NCBI RefSeq assembly: GCF_000007985.2
Contig: NC_002939.5
Span: forward strand, 3,690,001 to 3,722,000
Length of the DNA stretch: 32,000 nucleotides
Direction: 5' to 3'
From: Geobacter sulfurreducens PCA
GTDB lineage: Bacteria; Desulfobacterota; Desulfuromonadia; Geobacterales; Geobacteraceae
The translations under genes were made by a program, and so were the position numbers. The notes under the pieces are model-generated. The model was not told the origin of the DNA and did no database searches. It was given only the letters and a program-made list of their open reading frames with translations. This document shows, piece after piece, positions 15,595-25,690 of the stretch (the stretch's first letter is position 1; each line of letters opens with the position of its first letter).

Positions 15595-17037
15595 CTACAG
15601 ATAGGGAGAAAAGAGCTTGGCCGTGGCGTCCCGCACTTTTTCAGGGAGTGGGCGGCCGTCCATCTCGGTCAGGCTCACCTGTCGCGAGCGGGCAACGGTT
15701 ACGGCGAAGTGACGGGAAAGGGTTCCGGCCAACTCCCGATCGTAAACCTCCAGATTGAGCTCGAAGTTGAGCCGAAGGCTGCGGGGATCCAGGTTGGCCG
15801 AGCCGATCATGCTCCAGAGGCCGTCGACGATGAAAAGCTTGGTGTGGGCAAAAGGGGGCGGCTGGTAAAACACTCTGATTCCCTGCTGGATAAGCTCCCA
15901 GAGATAGGCCCTGGTGGCCCAGTGGACAAAGGGAAGATTGTTCTTCTCAGGCAAAACGAGGGTGACCTCCACCCCCCGCAACGCCGTAGTGACCAGGGCC
16001 GAAACAAGTGAGCGGTCGGGGATGAAGTACGGTGTCATGATCTGAACCGTCCGAGTGGCGCACGACAGGGCTCCCATGATGATCCAATGGAGCGTATGGT
16101 ATTCCTTGTCGGGCCCGTCGCCGATGGGACGGGCCAGGGCATGACCGGCCGGCTGGATCGGAGGGAAATACCGGGTGTCATCAAGAAGTTCGCCGGTGAC
16201 GAAGTGCCAATCCTCAAGGAAGACCTGCTGAAGCCCCGCCACCACCGGACCCGCCACCGAGAAGTGAACATCCCGCGACACGGCGTCACCCGCCTTTTCA
16301 GCCACATGCCGGTCCCCGATATTCATCCCCCCCGTAAATGCCAGCTGGCCGTCCACCACCAAGACTTTGCGGTGGTTGCGCAGATTCATGTAGATCCCCT
16401 GTCGCAACGGCAGGAACCGCTCAACCCTGATTCCCGTCCCCTCCATGAGAGTCCTGGCACGGGGCCATGAATACTTTTCACCGACGCCGTCGACGATCAC
16501 CCGCACGATGACACCACGCGCCGCGGCGGCGGCCAGCGTAGTGATGAACCGGCGGCCGGTGCTGTCGGAATCGAAGATATAGGTAGAAAGGTGGACCGAG
16601 GATCGGGCATGGGCGATGGCTTCCAGCATGGCGGGGTACGCCCCTTCGCCACCATCCAGGGGGATTATACGGTTTCCCTGGACCAGAGGGGCTCCCACCA
16701 CCCGATCGGCCAGATGGCGCAGCTCGGAGAGGTATTCGGCCCCCGCCGGAGGAGTCGGCGCACTTTCATGCTCCTGGGCTGAGCGGAAGTGCTCTCCCCC
16801 AGCCAGACGGCGCCCTGTTTCCTGCCACTTGCGGGCCCGGCGGAAGATGCGGTTTACCCCCATGCTCCAGTAGAAAATGGGACCGAACAGCGGGACCGTG
16901 AGGCAGACAACGATCCACCCGAGTGCTGACCGGGGGTCTCGCTTCATGACAAGGGCATGACCGGCAGAGCCCACCGAAAGGGCAATCGCGATTCCTGCGC
17001 ACACAAATAAAAATACGTCATCCAAGTATGAAATCAC
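15595..17037 (-). CDS. cls: Cardiolipin synthase (PLD superfamily)
   Basis: Two HKD motifs (HRKVLVVD and HTKLFIVD) and two N-terminal TM helices. The likely start is GTG 17037 (VISYLDDVFLFV) with GAGGGA upstream. The ORF-track extension to 17292 overlaps the divergent promoter region. Confidence 0.85.
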   Translation of the reverse strand: MISYLDDVFLFVCAGIAIALSVGSAGHALVMKRDPRSALGWIVVCLTVPLFGPIFYWSMGVNRIFRRARKWQETGRRLAGGEHFRSAQEHESAPTPPAGAEYLSELRHLADRVVGAPLVQGNRIIPLDGGEGAYPAMLEAIAHARSSVHLSTYIFDSDSTGRRFITTLAAAAARGVIVRVIVDGVGEKYSWPRARTLMEGTGIRVERFLPLRQGIYMNLRNHRKVLVVDGQLAFTGGMNIGDRHVAEKAGDAVSRDVHFSVAGPVVAGLQQVFLEDWHFVTGELLDDTRYFPPIQPAGHALARPIGDGPDKEYHTLHWIIMGALSCATRTVQIMTPYFIPDRSLVSALVTTALRGVEVTLVLPEKNNLPFVHWATRAYLWELIQQGIRVFYQPPPFAHTKLFIVDGLWSMIGSANLDPRSLRLNFELNLEVYDRELAGTLSRHFAVTVARSRQVSLTEMDGRPLPEKVRDATAKLFSPYL

Positions 17038-17201
17038 GCCCCATCCCTCGGCGGCGGTGCGAAAACCTCGTCGCACGCGGGCTCCGGCCTGGCAGTGTAC
17101 AGCCGCCCCATTGCGGCATGCCTGCCGACCCTTTACTTTGTACCGTAAAAACAGCCCGCTAGCAACAGAGCCCCGCCGGCAGCCTTCGGCCACCGGTTTC
17201 C

Positions 17202-17231
17202 TTGCGGATGGGTTGCCGGCTGGACTATAAT
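17202..17231 (+). promoter_or_regulatory. Candidate sigma-70 promoter for the rsmB-rpe operon
   Basis: TTGCGG (17202-17207), 18-bp spacer, perfect TATAAT (17226-17231). Confidence 0.4.
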
Positions 17232-17294
17232 GAATCCTCACCCGCGCTTCGCAGCACACCGGCGCGAAATCCAGCTTGGACTCCGGGAGCATCC

Positions 17295-18641
17295 GTGAAC
17301 CAATCCACTGCCGACCCGCGCCGTTCGGCTTTTGATATCCTCGTCCGCATTGAACGGGAGCGAACCTTCGCCGAACCGCTCATCGACAGGGAATTGTCCG
17401 GTGGCGCCCTGAAGGGACCAGACCGGGGGCTCCTGACCGAGCTCGTCTATGGGGTGCTGCGTCGAACAGCGACCCTCGACTACCTGGTGGACCTGTTCTG
17501 CGCCACTCGCGCCGCCAAGCTGGAGCGATCAGTGCTGATCCTGCTCCGTCTGGGGCTTTACCAGATTTTCTTCCTTGACCGGATTCCGGTGTCCGCCGCA
17601 GTCAACGAAACGGTAACGCTGGCCCGTGAAAAATCACCACGGGCCAGCGGCCTCGTAAACGCAGTCCTGCGACGGTCCGACCGGGAACGGTCATCGATCG
17701 CCTGGCCTGACCGGGTGCGGGACCCGGCCGGCTACCTCGCCCTCCGTCACTCCCATCCCCGCTGGATCGTGGAAGGGTGGATCGCCCAGCTGGGGTTCGA
17801 AGAGGCGGAGGCGCTTGCCGAGGTCATGGCCGCGCCCCCTCCCCTGACCCTCCGGGTCAATACCCTGCGGACCTCCCGCGAGGCATACCTTGAACTCCTG
17901 CGGGAGGCAGGCACGGAAGCGGAGCCCACGCGCCATTCCCCCCACGGCATCCGTATTCTCTCACGGACAGCGGTGCCGGCGCTGCCGGGCTTTGGCGAGG
18001 GGCTCGTCATCGTGCAGGACGAATCCTCTCAACTGGCATCGCTCCTCCTGGAGCCCCGGAGCGGTGAACGGGTCCTCGATGCCTGCGCTTCCCCCGGCGG
18101 CAAGGCGACCCACCTTGCCCAGATCATGGCCGACAAGGGAGAGGTCATTGCCTGGGACGTGTCGGAGAAAAAGCTCTCTCCGATTGCTGAAAATGCCCGC
18201 CGTCTGGGCATCGGCATCATTCGGCCCGCCATGGCCGATGCCCGGAATCCGGAGCAGAACGCCGCTCCCTTCGACAGGATTCTGGTGGACGCCCCCTGCT
18301 CGGCACTGGGAGTGCTGCGCCGCACCCCTGAGGGGAAGTGGTGGAAGACCCCTGACGACGTGGCACGGCTGGCCCAGAGCCAGTGCCGGATACTGGCGGG
18401 GGCCGCCTCCCTGCTGAAGCCGGGCGGCACGCTCCTCTACTCCACCTGCTCCACCACAACGGACGAAAATGAGTCAATTATCGAGGATTTCCTTTCGCGC
18501 CGCGCCGATTTTATGTTAGAAGACTTGAATTATCTTTTCCCCGGCCTGTCAGAATGCATCACCGACCGGGGTATGTTCCGCAGCTGGCCCCACCGCCACG
18601 GCATGGACGGTTTTTTCGCCGCCCGCCTGCGTCGGGCCTGA
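17295..18641 (+). CDS. rsmB: 16S rRNA (cytosine967-C5)-methyltransferase
   Basis: NusB-like N-terminal domain and a SAM MTase core ([24 protein letters not shown]). GTG 17295 is preceded by GGGAG. Confidence 0.88.
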   Translation: MNQSTADPRRSAFDILVRIERERTFAEPLIDRELSGGALKGPDRGLLTELVYGVLRRTATLDYLVDLFCATRAAKLERSVLILLRLGLYQIFFLDRIPVSAAVNETVTLAREKSPRASGLVNAVLRRSDRERSSIAWPDRVRDPAGYLALRHSHPRWIVEGWIAQLGFEEAEALAEVMAAPPPLTLRVNTLRTSREAYLELLREAGTEAEPTRHSPHGIRILSRTAVPALPGFGEGLVIVQDESSQLASLLLEPRSGERVLDACASPGGKATHLAQIMADKGEVIAWDVSEKKLSPIAENARRLGIGIIRPAMADARNPEQNAAPFDRILVDAPCSALGVLRRTPEGKWWKTPDDVARLAQSQCRILAGAASLLKPGGTLLYSTCSTTTDENESIIEDFLSRRADFMLEDLNYLFPGLSECITDRGMFRSWPHRHGMDGFFAARLRRA

Positions 18642-18676
18642 GGCGACAACGCTTAGAGCAGATCCCGGAGGTTCCC

Positions 18677-19342
18677 ATGAAAAAAATTGCCCCATCAATC
18701 CTTTCCGCCGACTTTTCCCGCCTGGGCGATGAAGTCCGTGCCGTGGCGGCGGCCGGGGCTGATTATATCCACGTGGACGTCATGGACGGGCACTTCGTGC
18801 CCAACATAACCATCGGCCCCCTGGTGGTGGAGGCGGTGCGCAGGGTTACCGAGCTTCCCCTGGACGTCCACCTGATGATCGAGCATCCCGACCGCTACAT
18901 CCCCGACTTCGCCGCCGCAGGTTCGGATATCATCGTGGTCCACGCGGAGGCTTCCACTCACCTCCACCGTACGATCCAGCTCATCAAGTCCCTGGGCAAG
19001 AAGGCGGGGGTTTCCCTCAATCCGGCCACTCCCCTCAACTGCCTCGACTATGTCCTCGAGGATCTCGACCTGGTGCTGCTCATGACCGTCAACCCGGGAT
19101 TCGGAGGCCAATCGTTCATCGAGGCCTGCATTCCCAAGATCCAGTCACTGCGGGCAATGCTCGACCGCCGCGGCTGCGAGGCGGAGCTTGAGGTGGACGG
19201 CGGGGTGAAGATCGACAACATCGCCCGCATCGCCCATGCCGGCGCCGACGTCTTCGTGGCCGGAAGCGCCATTTTCGGCAGCCCCGACTATGAAGCAACC
19301 ATAAAAGAGCTAAAGCGTCGGGCAAAAGAGCCGATACTGTAA
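18677..19342 (+). CDS. rpe: Ribulose-phosphate 3-epimerase
   Basis: [13 protein letters not shown]...[13 protein letters not shown] 18677 is preceded by GGAGG. 221 aa. Confidence 0.95.
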   Translation: MKKIAPSILSADFSRLGDEVRAVAAAGADYIHVDVMDGHFVPNITIGPLVVEAVRRVTELPLDVHLMIEHPDRYIPDFAAAGSDIIVVHAEASTHLHRTIQLIKSLGKKAGVSLNPATPLNCLDYVLEDLDLVLLMTVNPGFGGQSFIEACIPKIQSLRAMLDRRGCEAELEVDGGVKIDNIARIAHAGADVFVAGSAIFGSPDYEATIKELKRRAKEPIL

Positions 19343-19346
19343 CTAC

Positions 19347-19373
19347 GCGGCCGTTGGCCGCTATTTGGCTTTC
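19347..19373 (+). terminator. Weak hairpin plus T-rich tail after rpe
   Basis: GCGGCC-GTT-GGCCGC (19347-19361) followed by TATTTGGCTTTCT. Possibly a partial terminator. Confidence 0.3.
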
Positions 19374-19387
19374 TGGAAACAACAGGA

Positions 19388-19969
19388 ATGGATGTACCGG
19401 GAATAACCGAACTTGCCGGACGGATTTGTACGACCCTGGCCGGGCGGACAAGGGTGCCGATGGCGCCGGGACCGATCCCGGCCGCGGTGTTGCTCCCCCT
19501 CTTCGAGCGGGACGGCGAAGTCCACGTTCTTTTCACCAAGCGGACGGAACACCTGAACCATCATCGGGGAGAAATCTCGTTTCCCGGCGGAGTGAGCCAT
19601 CCCGATGATGCCTCTCCCTGTGAAACAGCCCTGCGGGAAACTTGGGAAGAGATAGGCATTCCGCCCGGCGAGGTGGACATCCTCGGCGAGCTGGATGATT
19701 TTTATTCCGTCCACGACTACCTGGTGACCCCCTGCGTGGGAGTCATCCGGGGGGACCGCCCGCTGGTGGTGAACCCCGGCGAGATCGAACGGATCATTGT
19801 CGTGCCGCTGAAGCATCTGCTGCGGCCCGAGGCCTTCAGGACCGAAGATTGGACGTGGCGCGGACGGACGCACCCCGTTCACTTCTACCGGTACATGGAT
19901 GACGAAATATGGGGGCTCACGGCCGCCATACTCTCGCAGTTCCTCAACACGATATTCCCTCGGCCGTGA
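19388..19969 (+). CDS. Nudix hydrolase, CoA pyrophosphatase type
   Basis: The CoA-type motif VLFTKRTEHLNHHRGEISFPGG is followed by the Nudix box ALRETWEEIGI. An alternative start is ATG 19460. Confidence 0.82.
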   Translation: MDVPGITELAGRICTTLAGRTRVPMAPGPIPAAVLLPLFERDGEVHVLFTKRTEHLNHHRGEISFPGGVSHPDDASPCETALRETWEEIGIPPGEVDILGELDDFYSVHDYLVTPCVGVIRGDRPLVVNPGEIERIIVVPLKHLLRPEAFRTEDWTWRGRTHPVHFYRYMDDEIWGLTAAILSQFLNTIFPRP

Positions 19970-20022
19970 CCGGGGCGGGACGTTCCCACGGATTACCCAT
20001 CCGCGCGGAGAAGCATGAAACC

Positions 20023-20949
20023 ATGGCGATGACAGCCCTCGTAATCGACGATTCGGAAGTCCTGCGCGAGGAAATAGTGCGCACCCTCAAGGAGGCCCGG
20101 CTATTCGAGACGTATCTGGAAGCCCGGGACGGCCTCGAAGGATTCAAGACGCTCCTCAACAACAAGGTGGACCTGGTGCTCTGCGACCTGGAGATGCCGC
20201 GCATGGACGGGTTCCGTTTCCTGTCCATGACCCGGTCCCGGGGTGAGCTCCAGGACCTGCCGATCATCCTGCTGACCAGCCGGGAAGACCGGGACACGAA
20301 AATTCGCGGACTTGAGCAGGGGGCATCCGATTACGTCACCAAACCCTTCGACTCGGGGGAACTGGTTGCCCGGGTCCGGGTGCAGATGAAGGTAAAGGGT
20401 CTCCAGGACGAACTGAAGCGCTCCAACGAGCTGCTGCGCAAATTGTCCATCACCGACCCCCTCACCCACCTGCATAACCGTCGTCACCTGATGGAAATGG
20501 TGGACAAGGAGTTCCAGCGGGCCTCCCGCAAGGGGGGCGCGCTTTCCCTAGTCATTCTCGACATCGACTATTTCAAGAAAATCAACGACACCTACGGTCA
20601 TCAGGAGGGAGACAAGGTGCTGGTGGCTCTGGCAGACATCGTCCGCCTGCGGCTTCGCAGCTACGATGTTGCCGCCCGCTACGGGGGCGAAGAGTTCGTC
20701 CTGCTGCTGCCGGAAACCCCTCTGCAGGAGGCCCAGGCCATTGCCGAGCGGCTGCGGCTGGAGGTGCAGGATCACGTCTTCGACGGGAGCCTCCACGGAC
20801 AGGTCATCACCATCAGCCTGGGCGTGGCTACCTATCCATCACCCCGCATCGAGGGGACCGACTCCCTCTTCAGGCAGGCCGACGAGGCCCTCTACCGGGC
20901 CAAGCAGAACGGTCGCAACAGGGTGGAGCTCATGTCAGGCTCGACATAA
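20023..20949 (+). CDS. Response regulator receiver-GGDEF diguanylate cyclase
   Basis: REC domain (VIDDS..., CDLEMPRMDG acceptor Asp, KPF) and a GGDEF domain with GGEEF (20683-20697). An RxxD I-site (RSYD, 20656-20667) lies 5 residues upstream. Confidence 0.9.
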   Translation: MAMTALVIDDSEVLREEIVRTLKEARLFETYLEARDGLEGFKTLLNNKVDLVLCDLEMPRMDGFRFLSMTRSRGELQDLPIILLTSREDRDTKIRGLEQGASDYVTKPFDSGELVARVRVQMKVKGLQDELKRSNELLRKLSITDPLTHLHNRRHLMEMVDKEFQRASRKGGALSLVILDIDYFKKINDTYGHQEGDKVLVALADIVRLRLRSYDVAARYGGEEFVLLLPETPLQEAQAIAERLRLEVQDHVFDGSLHGQVITISLGVATYPSPRIEGTDSLFRQADEALYRAKQNGRNRVELMSGST

Positions 20950-21621
20950 CAGATGGAGTCCGCACTCGCCGCAACGGGGGCGGGTGGTGCAGTGCCGCTT
21001 GCAATGCTCCACGATGAGGGCGTGATATTCGTTGAACAGCGTAGTGTCTTCGGGAAGGTTGTCCATGAAGAGTGCGCGGACGGTCTCATAGTCGGTCGTC
21101 GGGGCCACGAGACCCAGGGCGGAAAACAGGCGTTTCGTATAGGCATCAACCACGAAGGAAGGTTTGCCTCCCGCATAGAGCAGGATCGAGTCGGCTGTCT
21201 CCCGGCCGATACCCCTTACCCCAAGCAGTTCCCGTCGCAGTTCCCGCCACTCTCCCGCAAACATCCGCTCCAGGCTACCGCCGAAGCGGCCGAAGAGAAA
21301 CCCGACAAAATCCTTGAGCCGGGCGCTTTTGACATTGTAGTAACCGGCCGGCCTGATCGTCTCCGCCAACTCGGCAACAGGTACATCGCGCAGCCCCTCC
21401 GGGGAGAGGAGCCCCGCAGCCTTGAGCCGGACAATGGCCTTTTCCACGTTGCCCCAGTTGGTATTCTGGGTCAGGATTGCACCGACGCAGACCTCGAAGG
21501 GGGTGTCTGCGGGCCACCAGTGGCGGGGTCCGTAGGCCGCGAAGAGTTGATCGTAGACCGCCATGAGCCGGTCACGCACCCCCTCAGGCCCACCCGCCGT
21601 TGTCACCGAGGATCCGCTCAT
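20935..21621 (-). CDS. Endonuclease III-related HhH-GPD protein (COG2231-like) with a C-terminal Cys cluster
   Basis: GAILTQNTNW, HhH GVRGIGRETADSILLY, VDAYTKR, and C-terminal CKRHCTTRPRCGECGLHLLC. The start is ATG 21621 (overlapping the glnE stop by 38 nt) or ATG 21564. Confidence 0.8.
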   Translation of the reverse strand: MSGSSVTTAGGPEGVRDRLMAVYDQLFAAYGPRHWWPADTPFEVCVGAILTQNTNWGNVEKAIVRLKAAGLLSPEGLRDVPVAELAETIRPAGYYNVKSARLKDFVGFLFGRFGGSLERMFAGEWRELRRELLGVRGIGRETADSILLYAGGKPSFVVDAYTKRLFSALGLVAPTTDYETVRALFMDNLPEDTTLFNEYHALIVEHCKRHCTTRPRCGECGLHLLCRA

Positions 21622-24600
21622 ACACCCGCCGGACCGCCTCGGTTACCTCTTCGTACTCCTTCATGAGGGCACTCCCCGGGTGCCGAAGCTTCGGGTCATA
21701 CCCCAGCCGGCGCGCCAGGGCGTCGAGGTATTTCTGGTCTCCCCCCAGGTCATTGATAGAGTAGTCGTGGATGAGCCGCAGCCGGTTTTCCAATCGGCGA
21801 AGGAACTTGTAGCCCGCCTGGAGGGTGACGATGTCGTCCTCGGCGAGGATGCCGAACAGGTGCATCGCCTTGAGCGCCAGGAGCGTATTGGTGCTGCGGA
21901 TTTCCGGGTGGGCATGCCCCTCGCGCAGCTGGAGGTACTGGACCAGAAACTCGATGTCGACTATCCCGCCCCGGCCGGTCTTGATGTTGAAGCTTCCCGC
22001 CTTCTCCTTGGCCAACTCGACTTCCATGCGGGTCCGCAGCCGGTGGATCTCCTTGCGCTCCTCTTCGCCGGCTCCGCTCCCGTACACCGTATTCTGGATG
22101 ACCTCCTTGATCTCTTTCCGCAGCCGCGTGTCGAGCTTATAGACATACCCTTCCCTGGTCTGGGTGGTGAGAATGGAGATGATCTTCTGGCCCAGTTTGG
22201 CGAAGTATTCATGATTGGATACCTGCCGCTCTCCTCCTTCGGTCATTCCCTGCTGGTCGTAGATGTAGATGATGTCCAGGTCCGAGTGGTAGTTGAGCTC
22301 GTTGCCCCCCATCTTGCCCATGGCAACCACGGCGAAGTGGGCCTGGCGCAGATCGCCGTCGGCATCCCGGTACATGGGCCGGCCGAACCGGGCTAGTTCC
22401 TTCTTGGCCATGCGGCAGGCCGCGGAGAGGCAGACCTCGGCGAGCCCGGTCAGTTGAAAGGTCAGCTCCGACTGTCCCAGCTTGCCGTAGATGTCGTTCA
22501 TGCCGATCCGGAGAAATTCCTCGTGGCGGTAGCGACGGAGGATGTCGAGACGCTCCTCGTAATCGTCCGCCGCGTCGAGCATCCCCTGCAATTCGGCCTC
22601 CATGACGCTTCGGCTCTTCATGTAGGTGGCGCCGGCCCGGGACACGAGGCTGTCCAGAAGTTCGGGATGGCCGATAAATATCTTGGACAGGAATTCGGAG
22701 GTCCCGAACAGGGAAATCAGGAGCTTGATGGTCTCACGGTTTTCGGCCAGAAGGGCATAGACGGACGAGCGGGAGCCCACCGCCCCCAGGAAGCGCTCCA
22801 GGTTGTTGAGGGTCAGGTCCGGGTCGGGCGAGCCGAAGATCTCCTGGAGCAGAAGCGGGGAAATTTTCTCCAGCAGCCGCCGGCCCCGTTCGGTCAGATG
22901 GGCCCGCGGCGGGCCGTCGCGCAGGAGCAGCAGGTTTTCGTAGGCAGTATCGACGTTCCTGAAGCCCCGCTCCGCCAGCATATCCTTGATCAGATCGGGA
23001 TCAGCGGCGCGGTCGAAAAAACTGTAGGTTTCGGGCCGGACCTCTTCCCGCAGGCGCTCGTCACGGGAAAGGAACAGGCCGCCGTAAACGGTCGATACAC
23101 GATCCCGGTGATGCTCAAGGGCCTCCCTGAACTTTTCCGGGCCGTTTTTGCGGAGAAAGCCGCAACGCCGGGCAAGGGCGAGCATTTCGTCGTCCTTCTT
23201 CGGCAGGGAATGGGTCTGCCGCTCCTGGACCACCTGAATGCGGTGCTCCACGGTCCGGAGAAATCGATAGGCCTCGGTAAGCGCCTGCGCATCATCCTCG
23301 CCGATGAGCCTGGCGTCCCTCAGCGAGGCCAGGGCCTTGAGGGAATTGCGCTCGCGCAGATGGGGATTTTTGCCGGCGTAGACAAGCTGCAGGGCCTGGA
23401 TGAAGAACTCGATCTCTCGAATTCCGCCGCGGCCCAGCTTGATGTTGCATTCGCTCTCCTGCTGCCGGGCGATGGAGGCGTCGATCTTCTTCTTCATGGC
23501 CATCATGTCCTCGATCAGGTTGTAATCGAGGTACTTGCGGTAGACGAATGGCTCGATGGCCCGGAGCACCTGGTTCCCCAGCTCGATGGAGCCCGCCACG
23601 GGCCGCGCCTTGAGCATGGCCGCCCGCTCCCAGGATTGCCCCCAGTACTCGTAGTATGTGGCGGCCGAGCGGAGGGAGCAGGCCAAGTCGCCGCTCTTCC
23701 CCTCGGGGCGCAGCCCCATGTCCACCCGGAACACGAACCCGTCGGCCGTCACCTGGGAGATTGCCTTGGTGACCATCTCGCCCATCTTCACGAAGAAGGC
23801 GTGGAGAGATATCCTGCCCCGCTCGCCCCCACGGCCGTCGTCGACCCCTTCCGTTTCGCCCTGATCCGAAGAATAAAAATAGATCAGGTCGATATCCGAG
23901 GAAAAATTGAGCTCACGGCCGCCGAACTTGCCCATCCCCATCACGGTGAACTCAGCCTCCCGGGAGCCTTCGGCGGTCACCATCAGGGGGCGGCCGTGAT
24001 CCTCCACAAGCTTGCGCCGCGCAGCGTCGCAAGCCACCTGGAGAGTCGCCGCCGCCAGGGCGGAAAGTTCGGCCGTCACCTCCTCCAGAGGGGCGAGGCC
24101 GTTCAGGTCGCGGGCGGCGATGCGGAGGATCTCCTGGAACTTGAACCGGCGCAGGACCGGAAAGAGGTCGGCATAGTCGACCCCCTTGGCCTGGGAGCGG
24201 AGCGTCGCCAGCATCTCCTGTTCACTGCGTCTGATATCGATGGCTCTGGTAACGAACAACTGGTGGAAGAAAGCGGGATCGCGGCAGAGGACATTGACGA
24301 GAAAAGGGGAAGAACCACACAGCATGAGCAGCTGCGCACGGCGCTCCTTGCGGCCGCAGACATCGATGAATTCCTGCCGGTCCGCTACACCACCGACCCG
24401 CTCGAGACCGTTCAAGGCCATGTCGGGCAGGGGGGTGGCAAGGGAGGCGTACGCCAGTTCCGCCACCATCCGATCGGATAGCGTTCCCTGGAGCAGCCGC
24501 AGGTTGGCTGCCGAGCGGGCCGGATAGATGAACCCTTCCTTTTCAAGGAGTTCCGTGAGGGGTTGATCGCTGCCGCTGTCCGTAGCGGCGGCCAGGGCCT

Positions 24601-24637
24601 CCTCGATCCGCCGGATGAACTCGCTGCCGCGGCTCAT
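21584..24637 (-). CDS. glnE: Glutamine synthetase adenylyltransferase/adenylyl-removing enzyme (GlnE); the C-terminal repeat is unusually short
   Basis: Two tandem NTase repeats: [22 protein letters not shown]...[12 protein letters not shown]...[13 protein letters not shown] and [22 protein letters not shown]...[10 protein letters not shown]...[13 protein letters not shown]. 1017 aa. Confidence 0.9.
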   Translation of the reverse strand: MSRGSEFIRRIEEALAAATDSGSDQPLTELLEKEGFIYPARSAANLRLLQGTLSDRMVAELAYASLATPLPDMALNGLERVGGVADRQEFIDVCGRKERRAQLLMLCGSSPFLVNVLCRDPAFFHQLFVTRAIDIRRSEQEMLATLRSQAKGVDYADLFPVLRRFKFQEILRIAARDLNGLAPLEEVTAELSALAAATLQVACDAARRKLVEDHGRPLMVTAEGSREAEFTVMGMGKFGGRELNFSSDIDLIYFYSSDQGETEGVDDGRGGERGRISLHAFFVKMGEMVTKAISQVTADGFVFRVDMGLRPEGKSGDLACSLRSAATYYEYWGQSWERAAMLKARPVAGSIELGNQVLRAIEPFVYRKYLDYNLIEDMMAMKKKIDASIARQQESECNIKLGRGGIREIEFFIQALQLVYAGKNPHLRERNSLKALASLRDARLIGEDDAQALTEAYRFLRTVEHRIQVVQERQTHSLPKKDDEMLALARRCGFLRKNGPEKFREALEHHRDRVSTVYGGLFLSRDERLREEVRPETYSFFDRAADPDLIKDMLAERGFRNVDTAYENLLLLRDGPPRAHLTERGRRLLEKISPLLLQEIFGSPDPDLTLNNLERFLGAVGSRSSVYALLAENRETIKLLISLFGTSEFLSKIFIGHPELLDSLVSRAGATYMKSRSVMEAELQGMLDAADDYEERLDILRRYRHEEFLRIGMNDIYGKLGQSELTFQLTGLAEVCLSAACRMAKKELARFGRPMYRDADGDLRQAHFAVVAMGKMGGNELNYHSDLDIIYIYDQQGMTEGGERQVSNHEYFAKLGQKIISILTTQTREGYVYKLDTRLRKEIKEVIQNTVYGSGAGEEERKEIHRLRTRMEVELAKEKAGSFNIKTGRGGIVDIEFLVQYLQLREGHAHPEIRSTNTLLALKAMHLFGILAEDDIVTLQAGYKFLRRLENRLRLIHDYSINDLGGDQKYLDALARRLGYDPKLRHPGSALMKEYEEVTEAVRRVYERILGDNGGWA

Positions 24638-25674
24638 GGCGCCACGAGGCCCCGAAGGCCGGTGACGTAGTCACCGCTCACTACCCCCTGCTCGGTGATG
24701 ATGGCGGATATGTAGCGGGCAGGCGTCACGTCGAACGCCGGGTTACGAACCCGGATTCCCTCGGGCGCCACCGGGAACCCGTGCAGATGGGTCACCTCAC
24801 GGGAATGACGCTCCTCGATGGGGATCTGGTCGCCATTCTCCAGCGAGAGATCGAGAGTGGTGGTGGGAGCAGCCACGTAAAAGGGGATGTTGTTCTCCTT
24901 GGCCAGGACCGCCACGCTGTAAGTCCCGATCTTGTTTGCCGTGTCGCCGTTGGCGGCGATCCGATCGGCCCCCACGACGCAGCAGGCAATCTCGCCCCGT
25001 TTCATGAAAAAGCCGGCCATGTTGTCGGAAATGAGAGTCACCGGGATGCCATCCTTCATGAGCTCCCAGGCGGTGAGCCGCGCCCCCTGGAGCCACGGAC
25101 GGGTCTCGTCGGCGAACACCTGGATCTTTTTCCCAGCATCGTGGGCCGCGCGGATGACCCCTAGGGCCGTACCGTAACCGGCCGTGGCAAGCCCTCCGGC
25201 GTTGCAGTGGGTCAGGACCGTGGCCCCCTCGGGAATCAACGCCGCCCCGTGCCGACCGATGGCCTTACAGAGCTCCAAGTCTTCCTGCTCGATCCGGATC
25301 GCCTCGGTCTTGAGAATTTCGCGCAATTGGTCCAGGGGCTTGTCCCGGTTCTCGTCCGCCACCCGCTTCATTCGCTCAATGGCCCAGAAGAGGTTCACCG
25401 CTGTGGGGCGGGTGCGGGCCATGACATCGCAGACATTCTCCATCTGCCGGAAAAACGATTCGTAGGTGTCGGCGATGATCTCCCGGGCACCCAGAGCCAC
25501 CCCCATGGCCGCCGCCACCCCGATGGCTGGTGCGCCCCGGATGACCATCCCCCGTATCGCCTCGGCCACGCTCTTGTAATCGGCGTACTCGCAGTAGACC
25601 TCCTCGCCGGGCAGGCGGGTCTGGTCGATCATGACAACCTTGTCGTCGCGCCACTCTATGGTTCTGAAGGACAT
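24634..25674 (-). CDS. mtnA: S-methyl-5-thioribose-1-phosphate isomerase (eIF-2B-related family)
   Basis: [65 protein letters not shown]. The TGA stop overlaps the glnE ATG (ATGA). Confidence 0.88.
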   Translation of the reverse strand: MSFRTIEWRDDKVVMIDQTRLPGEEVYCEYADYKSVAEAIRGMVIRGAPAIGVAAAMGVALGAREIIADTYESFFRQMENVCDVMARTRPTAVNLFWAIERMKRVADENRDKPLDQLREILKTEAIRIEQEDLELCKAIGRHGAALIPEGATVLTHCNAGGLATAGYGTALGVIRAAHDAGKKIQVFADETRPWLQGARLTAWELMKDGIPVTLISDNMAGFFMKRGEIACCVVGADRIAANGDTANKIGTYSVAVLAKENNIPFYVAAPTTTLDLSLENGDQIPIEERHSREVTHLHGFPVAPEGIRVRNPAFDVTPARYISAIITEQGVVSGDYVTGLRGLVAP

Positions 25675-25690
25675 GGGAACCTCGTCGTAT

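Noticed and set aside
17090-17105. TGGCAGTGTACAGCC in the cls/rsmB divergent region as a possible sigma-54 promoter.
   Set aside because: The GG-to-GC spacing is one nucleotide short and the -12 region lacks TTGC. A sigma-70 TATAAT promoter further downstream explains rsmB expression better.
20600-20700. Possibility that the GGDEF enzyme is a cGAMP-producing Hypr variant, as known from Geobacter.
   Set aside because: The specificity position in GHxxGD is Asp (GHQEGD), as in canonical diguanylate cyclases. It is not the Ser that I recall for Hypr enzymes.
22454-24481. Very long antisense ORFs, for example 22454..24481 (+, 675 aa), 5205..6668 (-, 487 aa), 27153..28217 (+), 9353..10231 (+), 12134..12925 (+), 255..1094 (-) and 21563..22396 (+).
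   Set aside because: They lie opposite strongly recognisable genes (glnE, the sigma-54 activator, gatA, glnS, selA, the AAA ATPase). Their products are low-complexity and rich in Arg, Gly, Pro and Ala. Stop-poor antisense frames of this kind are expected in high-GC DNA.
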